Virus record (IMG/VR): IMGVR_UViG_3300015615_000629
Span: 288,001-352,000 of that record
DNA: 64,000 nt
Direction: 5' to 3' (one strand)
From: a virus
Lineage: Duplodnaviria > Heunggongvirae > Uroviricota > Caudoviricetes
The notes under the pieces were generated by a model. It had not been told where the DNA came from and ran no database searches. It worked only from the letters and a program-made list of their open reading frames with translations. This document shows positions 62,742 to 64,000 of the stretch, one piece after another (the first letter of the stretch is position 1; each line of letters starts with the position of its first letter). The position numbers and the translations under genes are program-made.

Positions 62742-62770
62742 ATAGTAGCGTAAGCAGCCAGAAATGTCAA
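62742..62770 (-). promoter_or_regulatory. sigma70-type promoter
   Basis: TTGACA-N17-TACTAT. Confidence 0.6.
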
Positions 62771-62789
62771 TTTCCGGCATAAATAGCCT

Positions 62790-63494
62790 ATGCGAACGTT
62801 TCAAGAATGGCTATTACGAGAATCGATGGATGTTAGGGTTGTTGATGCACCTTACCAACACAAACAAGAAGACCTCCTAGATTTGTCTCATGTATTATTT
62901 CATAAGGTCTTTGACAAGGCTTGGGAGCGTTGGACTCCCGAACAACAGAAATATTGGCGTGCTGGTTTTGGCAATTTGGAAACTTTAAGCCCAGATGGCA
63001 ATGATCATTTTAAAGAAACTGGCACTTTGAATCTTTATATGCGTCCAATTCATCCCGAACTTCGTCCCAAGGTTCTGGAAGGAATAAAGTATTTTCTGAA
63101 GGATTTGGGTGCTGAATTCGGCCCTTTTAGAGAAGAAAAAGGGACTGACGGAGACGTTCGAGTGGTTAGAATCCCGATTCTTAAGATGCCTGCTACGCAA
63201 CAACAACCACCGAGTTTAAATTTAAGTAATGCCAACGCCTACGATATCTTTTCTGGTTTATTAAACTACAAGTCCGACGATCACTATTATAAAATTCCCG
63301 TAAGGGATTTGTTAATGAAAATAGACATGCTTTCCCAGCATCAAACACAGTCAGCCGAACGTCCGACTTCTCAAGATGGCAATTTTATAGATATGGGTTT
63401 GTCCCAACAACAAATTGATGTTAGATTGGGTAAAATAAGAGAAATTGCCAAATGGGCTATGGACAACCATTACGATTACATTAGCGTGTCCTAA
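62790..63494 (+). CDS. Hypothetical late protein, possibly virion-packaged
   Basis: TAAATA 4 nt upstream; N-terminus MRTFQEWLLRE resembles 52175-52687 MKTFIDYLLEQE. Confidence 0.55.
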   Translation: MRTFQEWLLRESMDVRVVDAPYQHKQEDLLDLSHVLFHKVFDKAWERWTPEQQKYWRAGFGNLETLSPDGNDHFKETGTLNLYMRPIHPELRPKVLEGIKYFLKDLGAEFGPFREEKGTDGDVRVVRIPILKMPATQQQPPSLNLSNANAYDIFSGLLNYKSDDHYYKIPVRDLLMKIDMLSQHQTQSAERPTSQDGNFIDMGLSQQQIDVRLGKIREIAKWAMDNHYDYISVS

Positions 63495-63994
63495 TCGAGA
63501 ATAGTTATGTTAATATTGTCTGCTGTGATTTTCTTGTTAAAAACACATCTCGTTTCGAAAATTAGTCCGTTCTTTAAATTTTCTATAAACTTTTCTGTAT
63601 CGGATTGAGAAAAATAGGAATAGGAAAAGACCGATGTAAAGAAATAATTTAAAACTTTAATATATTGTTTCTCGTGTATGTGCTTAGTAATGATATGTGC
63701 GTCTTGACCAAAACAGATATATCCACCTCCGGAGATGTTTTCGATAAGAGGGACATGGATATCTTCGGTACAAACGTACACATAAGGTTTATACAACCGG
63801 TTTTGACTATTCAAAATATAGAAATTTAGTGTTGGGAATTCAACAAAATATCTATTTTCGGTGTAGTTGTGACATCTGTAAACAATAGTCCGCTTGTGTT
63901 GTTCGACTTTGATTTTGGTTACAGAGACATCTTGCCATATATTTAAATTGCTACCGAGATGTATGATAAATTGTACATCTTCAGATGTGTGCAT
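63491..63994 (-). CDS. Prok-E2_D-like paralog 21
   Basis: QHKRTIVY; YFVEFP; ENISGGGYICFG; FFTSVF. Confidence 0.6.
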   Translation of the reverse strand: MHTSEDVQFIIHLGSNLNIWQDVSVTKIKVEQHKRTIVYRCHNYTENRYFVEFPTLNFYILNSQNRLYKPYVYVCTEDIHVPLIENISGGGYICFGQDAHIITKHIHEKQYIKVLNYFFTSVFSYSYFSQSDTEKFIENLKNGLIFETRCVFNKKITADNINITILD

Positions 63995-64000
63995 TACGTT

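Noticed and set aside
1750-63994. A complete ubiquitin-like operon, or DGR diversification of the E2-like paralogs
   Set aside because: No E1/ThiF, JAB, Ubl or reverse transcriptase is recognisable, and no adenine-specific TR/VR repeat pair was seen.
1-64000. Stop-codon reassignment or suppressor tRNAs
   Set aside because: Genes tile densely in the standard code with TAA, TAG and TGA all used as stops, and no CTA/TCA/TTA anticodon was found.
1-64000. CRISPR array, rRNA or transposase
   Set aside because: No regularly spaced repeats, rRNA-like tracts or transposase motifs were seen. The repeats present are paralog duplications.

Overview
64 kb of what looks like a large (jumbo/huge) bacteriophage genome: dense, mostly minus-strand small hypothetical ORFs, standard genetic code, no housekeeping operons. 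By manual reading I find 32 tRNA genes plus 2 tRNA-like RNAs, TyrRS, YqeY, PNKP, an RNA-ligase-like enzyme, NT5C, NADAR, several orphan antitoxin-like genes, 3 homing-type endonucleases inside tRNA clusters, and 21 divergent paralogs of a Cys-containing family resembling prokaryotic E2 family D (PRTRC protein B). A Planctomycetota host is a weak guess. The main discovery is that each of the two tRNA arrays is preceded by an unannotated leader peptide and an intrinsic terminator, and each leader's codons match the tRNAs downstream. Leader 1 (14246-14181, MNAMFSLSLSFLSLSLYSDDG) precedes a Leu/Phe/Tyr/Ser array. Leader 2 (54142-54053, MSLMIGTRRDKQHNWCDINTRQGCTIISS) precedes an Ile/Gly/Thr/Arg/Asp/Lys/Gln/His/Asn/Trp/Cys array. 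Both have alternative antiterminator pairings and share a boxA-like element. This suggests ribosome-stalling attenuators that sense loss of any host tRNA and switch on phage replacement tRNAs. All family calls come from motif recognition by eye; no searches were run.
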